This document shows, one piece after another, positions 30,610 through 40,441 of a DNA stretch of 64,000 nt. Origin of the DNA: an uncultured Verrucomicrobiae bacterium (GTDB lineage Bacteria > Verrucomicrobiota > Verrucomicrobiia > Chthoniobacterales > JAFAMB01); NCBI GenBank assembly GCA_963762565.1, contig CAVXLD010000013.1, positions 32,001 to 96,000 of the forward strand, in the 5' to 3' direction. Position numbers and translations under genes: made by a program. The notes under the pieces were generated by a model. The model made no database searches and was not told where the DNA came from. It saw nothing but the letters and a program-made list of their open reading frames with translations. The stretch's first letter is position 1. The number at the start of each line of letters is the position of its first letter.

Positions 30610-33363
30610 ATGAGGTACAAAATCAACGGAAAACTCTTCGACGCCGAACCCCGGCCTGGCCAGTGTTTGAGAACTTTTGTCCGCGGCCTTGGTTGGTTAG
30701 GAGTCAAGAAAGGCTGCGATGCCGGCGATTGCGGCGCCTGCACGGTCTGGCTCGACGGGAAACCGGTGCATAGCTGCCTGCTTCCGGCTTTCCGCGCAGC
30801 AAATCGCGAGGTCACGACCATCGAAGGCCTCTCTAGCAATGGTGAGCTGCATCCCATACAGCAAGCATTTCTCGATGCGCAGGCGTTCCAATGCGGTTTT
30901 TGCAGCGCGGGCATGATCATGACATCCGCCAGCCTCTCTGAAGAGCAGAAACAAGACCTTCCATTTCACTTGAAGGGCAACCTTTGCCGCTGCACCGGGT
31001 ACCGCAGCATCGAAGATGCCCTTCATGGCATAAAGAACACAGAAGAGGATGTCGCCGGGAAAGCTTGTGGGGCGGGTCTCGGTAATCCGTTCGGCCCCAG
31101 CATCGTCACGGGCAAGGCTCGTTATACGATGGATTTGCCAGTGGACAACTTGCTGCACCTAAAGGTCCTGCGCTCACCACATGCCCACGCCCGCATCCGC
31201 GGCATTGACACCAAAGCGGCGCGAGCTGTCCCGGGAGTTGTTCAGGTTTTTACCTGGGAAGATGTTCCCCGTCGCCTTTTCAGTACGGCAATTCATGAGG
31301 ATCACCTGGTCGATCCTGACGATACTTATGTTCTCGACAACGTCGTTCGCTTCGTGGGCCAGCGGGTCGTTGCAGTGGTTGCCGAGAGCGAAGCCGCGGC
31401 AGAAGCCGCCTGTCGCGAAGTGCGGGTGGATTACGAAGTACTCCCCGCGGTTTTCGACCCGGAGCTGGCGATGGAGCCGAATGCCCCGATTCTTCACCAT
31501 AAAGAGGGCCAGGCGAAGGGTAATATTTTTTGTGAGATCCATGGCGAGGTCGGCAGCGTAAAGGATGGGTTCGCGGCAGCTGACGCTGTTCACGAGATGA
31601 CCTACTCGACTTCCCGGGTCCAGCATGTCCATCTGGAAACGCACGGTTCGATCGCATGGAAGGGCGACGACGGCCGGATTCATGTCCGCACCAGTTCGCA
31701 GGGGCCTTTCATCGTGCGCCAGAAGCTCTGCCATATCTTTGGCCTCAACGTGGCTAACGTCCACGTTTTCACCGAGCGAGTGGGCGGCGGCTTCGGCGGC
31801 AAACAGGAGATGGTAACCGAAGATCTCTGTGTCCTGGCGCTCCTTAAGATCGGCCGGCCGGTCAAATGGGAGTTCACGCGTGAGGAACAGTTCATCGGCG
31901 CAACCACACGCCATCAAATGACGACTCATGTAAAGTTAGGCGCAAAAACCGACGGAACACTGACGGCGATTCAGGTGAGGGTAGTTTCTAACACCGGCGG
32001 CTATGGCGGCCATGGAAGCGAGACGCTTGGGGCGGCTCTCGGAAGCCCGCTCTCCTCCTATCGCTGCGAGAACAAAAAGGCGGACGGTTTCGCGGTGTAC
32101 ACCAACGTTCTTCCTGGGGGCGGGTTTCGCGGCTATGGCGCTTCGCAAACCACTTTCGCGATCGAATGCGCGATCGACGAACTGGGCGAACTGCTCGGCA
32201 TGGACCCGTTTGCGATTCGTCGTCACAATATGATCCGGCCCACCGATTGGATCGAGTCGGTCTGGAAAGATCCGAGTGACGTCGGTTTTGGCAGCTACGG
32301 CCTCGATCAATGTCTCGACCTGGTCGAAACGGCCCTGGCCTCGGGTCGGGGTGATGCCAAACCCGATGGAGACGAGTGGGCCGTGGGCACCGGAGTCGCG
32401 CTCGCCATGCTCGATTGCGGTCCGCCGACTGAACACCGGTCTGGCGCCGTCATGGTCCTTCTCCCCGATGGACGCTATCATCTTGCGGTGGGCACGACCG
32501 AGATGGGCAATGGGTGCGTGACCTCGCACCGTCAGATGGCCGCCGAGGTGCTTGGTTCGCGCGCGGATAATATCGATATCATTAACGCGGATACCGATCT
32601 GACGCCGTATGACACCGGAACCTTCGCCAGTACTGGAACGGTCGTCGCCGGCAAAGCGGTGGCGCTGACCGCCGAGGCGCTCAGGGACAATATTCTCGAA
32701 TATGCCGGGCAACATACCGGGACTGACCCTTCGACGTGGCGGATCGAAGATTGCTTTGTGGTATCCGGCGCCAATCGGATTTCCCTAGTGGATCTGCACG
32801 CCGCCGGTGTCCAGGATGGCCATCGTTTCGAAGCGAAGCGAAAGGCTTACCTGTCGCCGCGGACCACTGCATTCAACGTTCACGGGATTCGCCTCGCCGT
32901 CCATACAGTTACCGGCGAAACCCGTATCCTCCATAGCGTCCACGCCGCTGATATCGGCAGGTTGATCAACCCAGTGCAGTGTCGCGGCCAGCTCGACGGC
33001 GCGATCGCCATGGGAATCGGTTGGGCGCTAACGGAAAACATGGTTCACAACGTAGAAGGCCGAATTGTGAACCCAGCTTTGCGCAATTATCGGATACCGG
33101 CCTTCGCCGATCTCCCGCGCAACGAGTTGTTCTTTGCTGATACCTACGACAAGATCGGACCGTTAGGAGCGAAATCGCAGGGCGAGTGTGCGATCAATCC
33201 TGTGGCTCCGGCGATCGCGAACGCGATTAAAAACGCGACCGGTGTACGCTGCACCAGTCTGCCTTTCACTGCGGCCCGCATCTTTTCACAGCTGATCAAC
33301 GGCGAGCCACCAGTCAAGAGAGTACAAATCGCCCAGGAACCCGTGCTAGTGGGATCCAAATGA
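30610..33363 (+). CDS. Xanthine-dehydrogenase-family fused 2x[2Fe-2S] plus molybdopterin subunit
   Basis: GCDAGDCGACTV, QCGFC, NLCRCTGY, GGGFGGK, FRGYG, GAKSQGE. Confidence 0.92.
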   Translation: MRYKINGKLFDAEPRPGQCLRTFVRGLGWLGVKKGCDAGDCGACTVWLDGKPVHSCLLPAFRAANREVTTIEGLSSNGELHPIQQAFLDAQAFQCGFCSAGMIMTSASLSEEQKQDLPFHLKGNLCRCTGYRSIEDALHGIKNTEEDVAGKACGAGLGNPFGPSIVTGKARYTMDLPVDNLLHLKVLRSPHAHARIRGIDTKAARAVPGVVQVFTWEDVPRRLFSTAIHEDHLVDPDDTYVLDNVVRFVGQRVVAVVAESEAAAEAACREVRVDYEVLPAVFDPELAMEPNAPILHHKEGQAKGNIFCEIHGEVGSVKDGFAAADAVHEMTYSTSRVQHVHLETHGSIAWKGDDGRIHVRTSSQGPFIVRQKLCHIFGLNVANVHVFTERVGGGFGGKQEMVTEDLCVLALLKIGRPVKWEFTREEQFIGATTRHQMTTHVKLGAKTDGTLTAIQVRVVSNTGGYGGHGSETLGAALGSPLSSYRCENKKADGFAVYTNVLPGGGFRGYGASQTTFAIECAIDELGELLGMDPFAIRRHNMIRPTDWIESVWKDPSDVGFGSYGLDQCLDLVETALASGRGDAKPDGDEWAVGTGVALAMLDCGPPTEHRSGAVMVLLPDGRYHLAVGTTEMGNGCVTSHRQMAAEVLGSRADNIDIINADTDLTPYDTGTFASTGTVVAGKAVALTAEALRDNILEYAGQHTGTDPSTWRIEDCFVVSGANRISLVDLHAAGVQDGHRFEAKRKAYLSPRTTAFNVHGIRLAVHTVTGETRILHSVHAADIGRLINPVQCRGQLDGAIAMGIGWALTENMVHNVEGRIVNPALRNYRIPAFADLPRNELFFADTYDKIGPLGAKSQGECAINPVAPAIANAIKNATGVRCTSLPFTAARIFSQLINGEPPVKRVQIAQEPVLVGSK

Positions 33364-34307
33364 GCGAGCCTGCGGTTCTCATTGCCAGCGCTAAACTTCG
33401 CCCCGGCGAAGACCGAGCTTTCTCCGCCTGGCAAGTGCGTCACAACGCCGCTATTGGCAAGTTTCCCGGTTTCATCAGCAGCGACGTGATGCCGCCCTCG
33501 CAGCCGGAGAGCAACGAATGGACGATCGTCCTGAATTTCCGTTCACAAGATGAACTCGCTGCCTGGCAACGCTCCAGCGAAAGAGCCGAACTTGTCGGCG
33601 ACGCCATTCCTTTGCTCGAGGGAGGTAGCCTCGGTGAAGTGGCGCCACTGGACCGTCCGGGAGAGTCACCCGGTCAAAATGTTACCGAAGTGATTTTCTC
33701 GAAGATCAAACCCGGGATGGACGACACTTATCGAGAATGGGCGGTGAGAATTCAGGCAGCGCAGGCAAAATACTCCGGCTATGGCGGAATGTATCTTCAG
33801 CCCCCCGCTGAAAAAGACGGTCCCTGGACCACGATCATCCGATTCGACACTGCCGAGCATCTCGAAGCCTGGATGGAGGCCCCGGAACGTAAGGAGTTAC
33901 TGGCGGAATCCAAGGCCTTCATCGACCAAGAGCAGCTCATGCGTCTGGCCACATCGTTCCCCGGCTGGGTGCCAATCAATCCGGTGACCGGCAAAGGACC
34001 GCCAAACTGGAAGACCGCGCTTCTGGTTGTTCTGGGACTGTTTCCGATTGTGATGCTCGAGATGCGTTTCCTGAGCCCGATTCTTGCCTGGATGGGTCTG
34101 CACGCCTCATTGGCTACCTTGATCGGAAACATCATTAGCGTGGCCGGAACGACTTTCTTGACGATGCCCCTTTGTATCCGCTGGTTTGGCTGGTGGCTTT
34201 TCACAGAAGAAAAGACGCCGTCCTGGATTACACCAGTCGGCCTCGGATTCCTGGCAGCCCTCTTTGCTGTCGAGGTCGGCGCGCTTTGGTATCTGCTGCC
34301 CTGGTGA
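33360..34307 (+). CDS. Tandem ABM-like domains plus C-terminal membrane helices
   Basis: Two repeats W..IL/IRF...EL.AW..S/P.ER; PPNWKTALL followed by TM segments. Confidence 0.8.
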   Translation: MSEPAVLIASAKLRPGEDRAFSAWQVRHNAAIGKFPGFISSDVMPPSQPESNEWTIVLNFRSQDELAAWQRSSERAELVGDAIPLLEGGSLGEVAPLDRPGESPGQNVTEVIFSKIKPGMDDTYREWAVRIQAAQAKYSGYGGMYLQPPAEKDGPWTTIIRFDTAEHLEAWMEAPERKELLAESKAFIDQEQLMRLATSFPGWVPINPVTGKGPPNWKTALLVVLGLFPIVMLEMRFLSPILAWMGLHASLATLIGNIISVAGTTFLTMPLCIRWFGWWLFTEEKTPSWITPVGLGFLAALFAVEVGALWYLLPW

Positions 34308-34313
34308 GAATCA

Positions 34314-35819
34314 ATGACCTTCGATCTCGCAACCCGGCACGACCGGTCTTTCCCGTTTGGCGTTTGGCGTTCGGTGTTTGGCGTTCGGCGGGAGCGGGGA
34401 ACTGTTAGAGCCGGTGGTTGCTTTTGGGTCACTATCCTTCCCCGGCGCGCGTGCTTTGTTGGTTGCTTTGCAACCTTGCTCCTGTGGATAGCTTCCTTTC
34501 TGCCGTCTGCTCGCGGCGCCGAAGCGCCAACGGAACCAGCGGTTTCGGCTTCCGACCAACTGGCCGGCAGACCTCCCGATTCGATTACCGGCAACCCGGC
34601 AGCCGAGAACGAACTTCCCGGTACCGGTCTGGCGGGGCGCTTGCTGCAGTTGCCGGAGGACACCGGACTGCGCCTCGGTGGTCTCTGGTTAGTGGATACT
34701 AACGGGCTGCTCTCGGGCGGTGCTCAGCCCGGGAAATGGAGCTGGAATAGTGCGCTCATCATTGGTGCGAACCTTGACGCCCAAAAGCTCTTAAACTGGC
34801 AAGGCGCATCCTTCGGCATTCAGTTTCTTCAGTTCGACGGGCAGAACACCAACGGCCAGGCTGGTAGCGTGCAAGGCTATAACAGCCTGCCTGGAGCCAA
34901 ACCACTTGATCGGTCCGAGCTTTACCAGCTTTGGTACCGGCAAACTCTGTTTGATGATAAGATTATCTTCCGAATCGGAAAGATAATTCCCTCGTACGAC
35001 TTCAACAACGTGGCGCGCCCGGTTCCCACTCAGGACGAGGCTTTGAGGATTCCGGCAGTGACCGGGCTGCTCTACACTCCGGTTTTCGTCAATCCAACCC
35101 TGCTCGGAGCGATCGGCGGCTATTATAACTCGGTTTACGGGATCACCCTGACGTTAGCTCCAACAAAAAACAGCTACGTTAACTACGGTGTCTACGATGG
35201 GAATATCGCTAATGGCGTGCAGACTGGCCTGACAGGTGCGCATTTCAATGGCTATTATTTCAATATCCTTGAAGCAGGCGTGGACTGGGTCGCCGGGGGA
35301 AAATACCCAGGGGAATTTGGCGCGGGATTATGGTATCAGACCGGCGTTTTGCAAGGCCCGCGGGGGATCTCCCAAAATGGTACCGGCGGATTCTACCTGT
35401 TCGGCGGCCAACGCATCTGGGGGCGCTCGGCGGGGAACCCGGCCCCGGCTGGCAAGGAAGAAATTGTTGTTCCGGCGCGCGAGCTGGAACAGAAGGCCTC
35501 TATTTCGACCTTCGTACAATTCGGTATCAACGATTCTGAAACCCTGCGGGTGAAGGAATATCTCGGTCTGGGTCTTACTGGGTTCGGCCTCGTGCCGCAT
35601 CGGCCCGGCGATTCTATCGGCGTCGGCATGGCCTGGTCATGGCTGAACCCGAATCTCGGCTACCGCTCAAGCGAACTGATGTTCCAGGGATACTACCAGA
35701 CGCGGATCGCCGAAGGAATCTATCTTCAACCTACTCTAACCTACATCCCGACACCCGGCGCATCGCCTAAGTATGACGGCGCTTGGGCTACCTCCTTGCG
35801 CTTGACTGTGCTCTTTTAA
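34314..35819 (+). CDS. Carbohydrate-selective porin (OprB family)
   Basis: LYQLWYRQTL, FRIGK, YLQPTLTYI, C-terminal Phe; start uncertain. Confidence 0.82.
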   Translation: MTFDLATRHDRSFPFGVWRSVFGVRRERGTVRAGGCFWVTILPRRACFVGCFATLLLWIASFLPSARGAEAPTEPAVSASDQLAGRPPDSITGNPAAENELPGTGLAGRLLQLPEDTGLRLGGLWLVDTNGLLSGGAQPGKWSWNSALIIGANLDAQKLLNWQGASFGIQFLQFDGQNTNGQAGSVQGYNSLPGAKPLDRSELYQLWYRQTLFDDKIIFRIGKIIPSYDFNNVARPVPTQDEALRIPAVTGLLYTPVFVNPTLLGAIGGYYNSVYGITLTLAPTKNSYVNYGVYDGNIANGVQTGLTGAHFNGYYFNILEAGVDWVAGGKYPGEFGAGLWYQTGVLQGPRGISQNGTGGFYLFGGQRIWGRSAGNPAPAGKEEIVVPARELEQKASISTFVQFGINDSETLRVKEYLGLGLTGFGLVPHRPGDSIGVGMAWSWLNPNLGYRSSELMFQGYYQTRIAEGIYLQPTLTYIPTPGASPKYDGAWATSLRLTVLF

Positions 35820-35880
35820 CTAACCTACCTCGATTCTGTTTATCGCCTCTCGCTTCAGAGTTGAATCAACCTGAGTTCGG

Positions 35881-36200
35881 CTAATCGGCTTGAGAGTGGG
35901 AAGCGAGCACGACCGCTTCAACATCGGTCAGCCAGACCGTGGGCTCTTTTTTTAAGGCTTCCAGAGTTCTTCTTAAGGCCGCCGCACCATCGGGTGTGCC
36001 CATGACAAAGGGGTGAATGCCGATGGCCACCACTGTCGCTTTACCGTCAGGATTTTTCCCTGCCTCTCCAGCCAGCTCGCCCACGTAGTCGATCCAGAGT
36101 CGCGCCATGTCTTCCGGCTGGTGATTGCGTCCGAGAAACTGGCCCATATCGACGGTGACTGTGGGGTAGGGAACCAAATCGAGCGGTTCAAATGTTAGCG
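35881..36200 (-). pseudogene. C-terminal remnant of a polysaccharide deacetylase/PuuE-like protein
   Basis: LVPY...D, IGIHPFVMG, VWLT; N-terminal catalytic half missing. Confidence 0.6.
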
Positions 36201-36467
36201 GTAGCTGACTTAGGGTTCCTCCTCGATGGCAATGATCGCTTGATGGATTATGAACTTCTCGGTTTTGGAGGACGCGCCGCCATCGAGTCTGAAATGGCGA
36301 AGGTAGGCCAGAAGGCAATTCTCCCGCCACTGGTCCCGTTCAACAGCACGGAATGGCCTTGGAAAACCGATCCCAGCCAAGGCACTGGCCCCAATTCCTT
36401 CGATGACCTGCATAAAGCGGGTCTGCTTTAGTGTCCTGTCCCATAAATAGCGTGGCTTTTCTATCGA

Positions 36468-36968
36468 ATGAAAATGAGGTCATTTATTTCTTGTCTCGGC
36501 GCGGTCTTCATTTGTATTCCCGCCTTCGCCATTGCGCAGCAGAGCCAGCAACCTTCGCTTTCCAGCGCAGAGGTTGATTCCATTGTGCGCAAATTCCAGT
36601 CGGCCTACGCTGATACCTTTGATCGCCGAGACGCTAAGGGTATGGCGGCTCTTTTCACCGACGACGCCACGTTCCAGAACGAGGGAGATGTTACTCAAGG
36701 CCGGGCCACAATTGAGGCAAATCTGATGGGTTTAATGGCCAAACTGCCACCTGGGACCAAACTCGAAGATAGGGCGACTTCTTCCCGGGTTATTGCTCCG
36801 GATGTTATCACCTGCCACGGCATCTCGCATCGAATCGCCTCGAACGGGATTTCCACGGAAATGTACTTTGTGCGGGTGCTGGTGCGACAGGGTGATCGCT
36901 GGCTGTTGGCCGCGACGCAAATTGCGCGCCCATCCACACTTCCTAAATCTTCCCCGCAGCCCAAGTGA
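36468..36968 (+). CDS. Exported NTF2/SnoaL-like (SgcJ/DUF4440-type) protein
   Basis: Signal peptide, F...DAKGMAALFTDDA, GRATIE, LVRQGDRWLL. Confidence 0.82.
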   Translation: MKMRSFISCLGAVFICIPAFAIAQQSQQPSLSSAEVDSIVRKFQSAYADTFDRRDAKGMAALFTDDATFQNEGDVTQGRATIEANLMGLMAKLPPGTKLEDRATSSRVIAPDVITCHGISHRIASNGISTEMYFVRVLVRQGDRWLLAATQIARPSTLPKSSPQPK

Positions 36969-38767
36969 CCTCATCTCGTCGTCTCGTCAGAGGTTACGAT
37001 AGAGTTTTAGTTGCGGCCGCTTTATCCGTGACGTTCGGGGTAACCGGCTTCGCAGCAACTTCAAGCGGGGACGATGCGGGCGGGCCAACACTCCCTCACT
37101 CCGCGCGGCCGGATTCGAGGACGAGGACGAGAACGAAGGACCCTGTGACGGCTGGGCCAATCGGGATACTCGGCATCCCGGAAGAAACCGCCCAGCTGCT
37201 AGCCTCGCTCAAAAATCCTGAAGAGCGCAGCTGGGGTGGCATACGCGTCATCCTGGGTAGACTGGCAAATCAACCAGTCGTTCTGTGCCAAGTTGGTTTT
37301 GGCAAAGTAAATGCGGGCATGGCCGCGGCATTGTTGATTCAAAAATTTTCACCGAGCGCTATTATTTTCACCGGCAACGCAGGCGCTCTAAACCCAGATT
37401 ACATCCAAGGTGACGTAGTCGTGGCGACCGATCTCGCGGAATATGATTTTGGAAAACTGTCGAACGGGTCTTTTGACCCCTGGCAAACCCGCAATCCGAT
37501 CAGTCGCATCAATAACCCGCTGTGGTTTCACCCCGCATCATGGTTGCTTTCCGCAGCCCGAAAATCTGTGCCGTCAGTCCACCTCATACGGGCAGATACT
37601 CGGCCAGACGTCCGTGATCCAAAAATTAGCGAAGGAGCAATTATTACTGGCGATACCTTCGTCAGTGACGCCTCCAAGGGACAAGAACTGCGGACTCACT
37701 TCAACGCCGATGGTGTTGAGATGGAGGGAGCGGCGGTCGCCCAAATCTGCTCCCAATATGGAACTCCATTGTTGGTTATTCGCAGCGTTACCGATCGCGC
37801 TGACGGCTCCTCGTACGCGGACTATCACAGTTTCGTTCGGATCGCTGCTCAGAATTCTTCTGCGTTCGTAATCGCCATACTCAACCAATTGCAGAGCCAA
37901 GGAGCTTTTCCTACTAACAATCCGAGAGAGGTAGACCACTGGTTACTTGCTTTCGAGTTAGCTTTTTCTGAAGGCTCTCCGTACGCCGTGGAATTCGGAG
38001 ATCTACACACCCTGCCTTACACCGTAAACGAGCAGATTTCGACTGTCGTTCTTCAAAAGGTCATTGCCATTTCGTTAGATGAACTGGCTGCGGCGAAAAT
38101 CGGATTTCACATCATGCCTGGAGCTTACCGGCACGATCCAATTGTCCCTTCGGGCCAACTAGAGATCGCCACTGACGAAGTCCGAGCGCGGGCTACATTA
38201 GATGTAATAGGGTATCTAGCTCAGCAAGGGCTCGTGATTGGCTCAAGCAAGGGCTCGGCAGGTAGTAGAATGGGCTTGGAAATTCTGGGTCCTAACGGCG
38301 ACCTATTAAAGGATGGAGCTCGACTTTCTGAGCTGTGGAATGCATTCTTAGGGGCTGAACCGAAGCTCCTCACCGGCTTCTCTGGCATCCGCGAGGGCGA
38401 CCAAGCGGGTATTCTGATAATTGATACGGGCGGAGCTTGGTTGGCTCGCCACGCATCTGATCTGTTAGTGAAATTCCCTGAGCTGGGCTCGACGTTACCC
38501 GTTAGCCTTTCGGGAACCCTATCCTTTTTCAGCTATATTGAAGCGGAGAACGATTGGACGAATCGTGCAGATGGCGCCGACTATATTGACGACCTGGTTT
38601 GGCTTGGCTTCAAAAAGGTGGCCCAAGACATTCCCAGGCACAAACGAGCGATCGAACAGACTATTCGCGATGCCATTGCCGAGTTTGCTCCCCTATTAAA
38701 GGGGAGATCGACGGGTACACCGGAACCGCTTTTCAGGCGTCAAGAATATCCAAATCTAAGCGAGTAG
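36965..38767 (+). CDS. mtnN: Exported 5'-methylthioadenosine/SAH nucleosidase with long unknown C-terminal domain
   Basis: GFGKVNA, FTGNAGAL, TGDTFV, VEMEGAAVAQ, IRSVTDRAD; GTG start overlaps the upstream TGA. Confidence 0.82.
   Translation: MTSSRRLVRGYDRVLVAAALSVTFGVTGFAATSSGDDAGGPTLPHSARPDSRTRTRTKDPVTAGPIGILGIPEETAQLLASLKNPEERSWGGIRVILGRLANQPVVLCQVGFGKVNAGMAAALLIQKFSPSAIIFTGNAGALNPDYIQGDVVVATDLAEYDFGKLSNGSFDPWQTRNPISRINNPLWFHPASWLLSAARKSVPSVHLIRADTRPDVRDPKISEGAIITGDTFVSDASKGQELRTHFNADGVEMEGAAVAQICSQYGTPLLVIRSVTDRADGSSYADYHSFVRIAAQNSSAFVIAILNQLQSQGAFPTNNPREVDHWLLAFELAFSEGSPYAVEFGDLHTLPYTVNEQISTVVLQKVIAISLDELAAAKIGFHIMPGAYRHDPIVPSGQLEIATDEVRARATLDVIGYLAQQGLVIGSSKGSAGSRMGLEILGPNGDLLKDGARLSELWNAFLGAEPKLLTGFSGIREGDQAGILIIDTGGAWLARHASDLLVKFPELGSTLPVSLSGTLSFFSYIEAENDWTNRADGADYIDDLVWLGFKKVAQDIPRHKRAIEQTIRDAIAEFAPLLKGRSTGTPEPLFRRQEYPNLSE
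37071..37138 (+). repeat. Dispersed repeat family E, inside the mtnN reading frame
   Basis: CACTCCGCG.GGCCGGATTCGAGGACGAGGACGAGAACGAA nearly identical to about 5563-5603. Confidence 0.8.
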
Positions 38768-39102
38768 ATTTCTGCCAACAGAAGCACAAACGCCTCTAAG
38801 TCCCTGGCGGTGATCAACCTGATCGATATCTGCGTAAATCTGCGTTCATTTCACCCCGGAGAATTTCGGGGCTGCGGTTGAGGTTTTTCGTTGTAACATG
38901 CGGCTGTTCACACGCAAGAGCGTAGCTAGTCAATGCGGTTGCACCGCGGTCGGCGCTGTTCACCACGGCATCGCAAGCGTCATTTCGGGGGAAGGTTTCT
39001 AGCAATCGGCAAGTGGCTAGTCTATTGGAATTTCTGACGCAAACGGCAGAGTTAGAAAGTCGATTGAGATCACACAAAACCTGTGTCGCAATAAAGCAAA
39101 CG

Positions 39103-39522
39103 CTATTGATCGGCCCTGATGAAACTTTCGGGCGTGCCGTCCTCCGGATTGACAAAGACAATGTCCTTCGGATCGCGGCGCGGCGTGTCGATGGCAAGGA
39201 AGACAACCGGCTCTTCCAGGATCTTCGGCTGCGCATGTACTGTTCCGCGTTTGAAAAAGAGCAGCTCGCCCGGGCCGAACTCAGCGCTGGTGCTTTCATC
39301 TTCCATCCAGAATGTGCCTCGGCCGGAGAACACGTAGAGGTATTCGTCACAGGTTGCGTGATAGTGCGGAGGGGTCGGCTTATACACGCGGAAGAGGCGT
39401 GCGCTGGCCGCCTCCCGATTAGTGAGGTAATGATCCACGAGCAGCGTGGTAGCAGTCTCAGGCAAGGCGGCCGCGATTTTGGCGACGTCGAATCGGCCTG
39501 CGTTAATGTTAGTTTGGTTCAT
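39103..39522 (-). CDS. Cupin-domain protein
   Basis: PHYHATCDEYLYVFSGRG and GELLFFKRGTVH cupin motifs. Confidence 0.88.
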   Translation of the reverse strand: MNQTNINAGRFDVAKIAAALPETATTLLVDHYLTNREAASARLFRVYKPTPPHYHATCDEYLYVFSGRGTFWMEDESTSAEFGPGELLFFKRGTVHAQPKILEEPVVFLAIDTPRRDPKDIVFVNPEDGTPESFIRADQ

Positions 39523-40372
39523 TTTCGTTTTGGTTAGACCAGGTAGTCGGCGTTTCTTTTTTGCTCAACGCCCGACGCAATTTCATCAAAGCGATATTTT
39601 GAACCTGGCGGATTCGCTCCCGCGTCACTCCAAGCTTTTTACCGACTTCTTCGAGGGTCCTCGGTCGGGCACCGTCCAATCCGTATCGCTGAAAGATGAT
39701 GGTGCGCTCGCGCGGGTCGAGGATGGCCAGGAGCTCAGGCAGTTCATCGCGCAGGTTTCTGTCTCTGAGAAATTCGAACGGGGTTCGCGCATCTTCATCC
39801 CCAACCAGGTCACCAAATTCCGTCGAATCATCCTCGTTGATAGGAGCGTTCAATGAAGCGGGCCGAATTGAGGCCGTTTTTAATTGCGAGACGCTCCGGG
39901 GAGAAAGACCAACCTCTTCCGCCAATTCGTCATCAGTCGGTTCACGGCCGAGTTCTTCACTCATCTGTGAGGCAACCCGATTCATTTTTGAAATCTTGTC
40001 TACCAAATGAACCGGAAGCCGAATAGTTTTACTCTGATTGGCCAAAGCCCGCTTGATCGATTGTTTGATCCACCAGGCCGCGTACGTACTCAGCTTTCCG
40101 CCCTTGGCTGGATCGAAGCGTTCGACTGCTTTCATCAATCCGATGTTGCCTTCCGATACTAGGTCCAACACCGGCAAAACTAAGTTCTTGTAATCGTGAG
40201 CAATCTTAACGACCAAACGGAGATTTGCCTTGATCATCAGCGCTCGCGCTTCCCGGTCGCCCTTCTTAATGCGCGCGGCCAGATCAATCTCCTCTTGCTG
40301 GGTTAGCAGCCGGATCTTTCCGATCTCGCGCAGATAAACTTTAATAGCAAGATCTGAATCTTCATTCGCCAT
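39509..40372 (-). CDS. RNA polymerase sigma-70 factor (RpoD/RpoS-like, lacks region 1.1)
   Basis: YLREIG, ANLRLVV, EGNIGLMKAVERFD, STYAAWWIKQ, TLEEVG, TRERIRQ. Confidence 0.93.
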   Translation of the reverse strand: MANEDSDLAIKVYLREIGKIRLLTQQEEIDLAARIKKGDREARALMIKANLRLVVKIAHDYKNLVLPVLDLVSEGNIGLMKAVERFDPAKGGKLSTYAAWWIKQSIKRALANQSKTIRLPVHLVDKISKMNRVASQMSEELGREPTDDELAEEVGLSPRSVSQLKTASIRPASLNAPINEDDSTEFGDLVGDEDARTPFEFLRDRNLRDELPELLAILDPRERTIIFQRYGLDGARPRTLEEVGKKLGVTRERIRQVQNIALMKLRRALSKKETPTTWSNQNENEPN

Positions 40373-40441
40373 AGCGAGGCTCCGGTAGGCGCTGACGCCC
40401 TAAAAGAATTAAGTTTTTCATATCTGCTATTTGCTATTCTC

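Noticed and set aside
36429..36453. TAGTGTCCTGTCCCATAAATAG as a possible IS end
   Set aside because: No partner inverted repeat or transposase was found in the window, so it cannot be supported.
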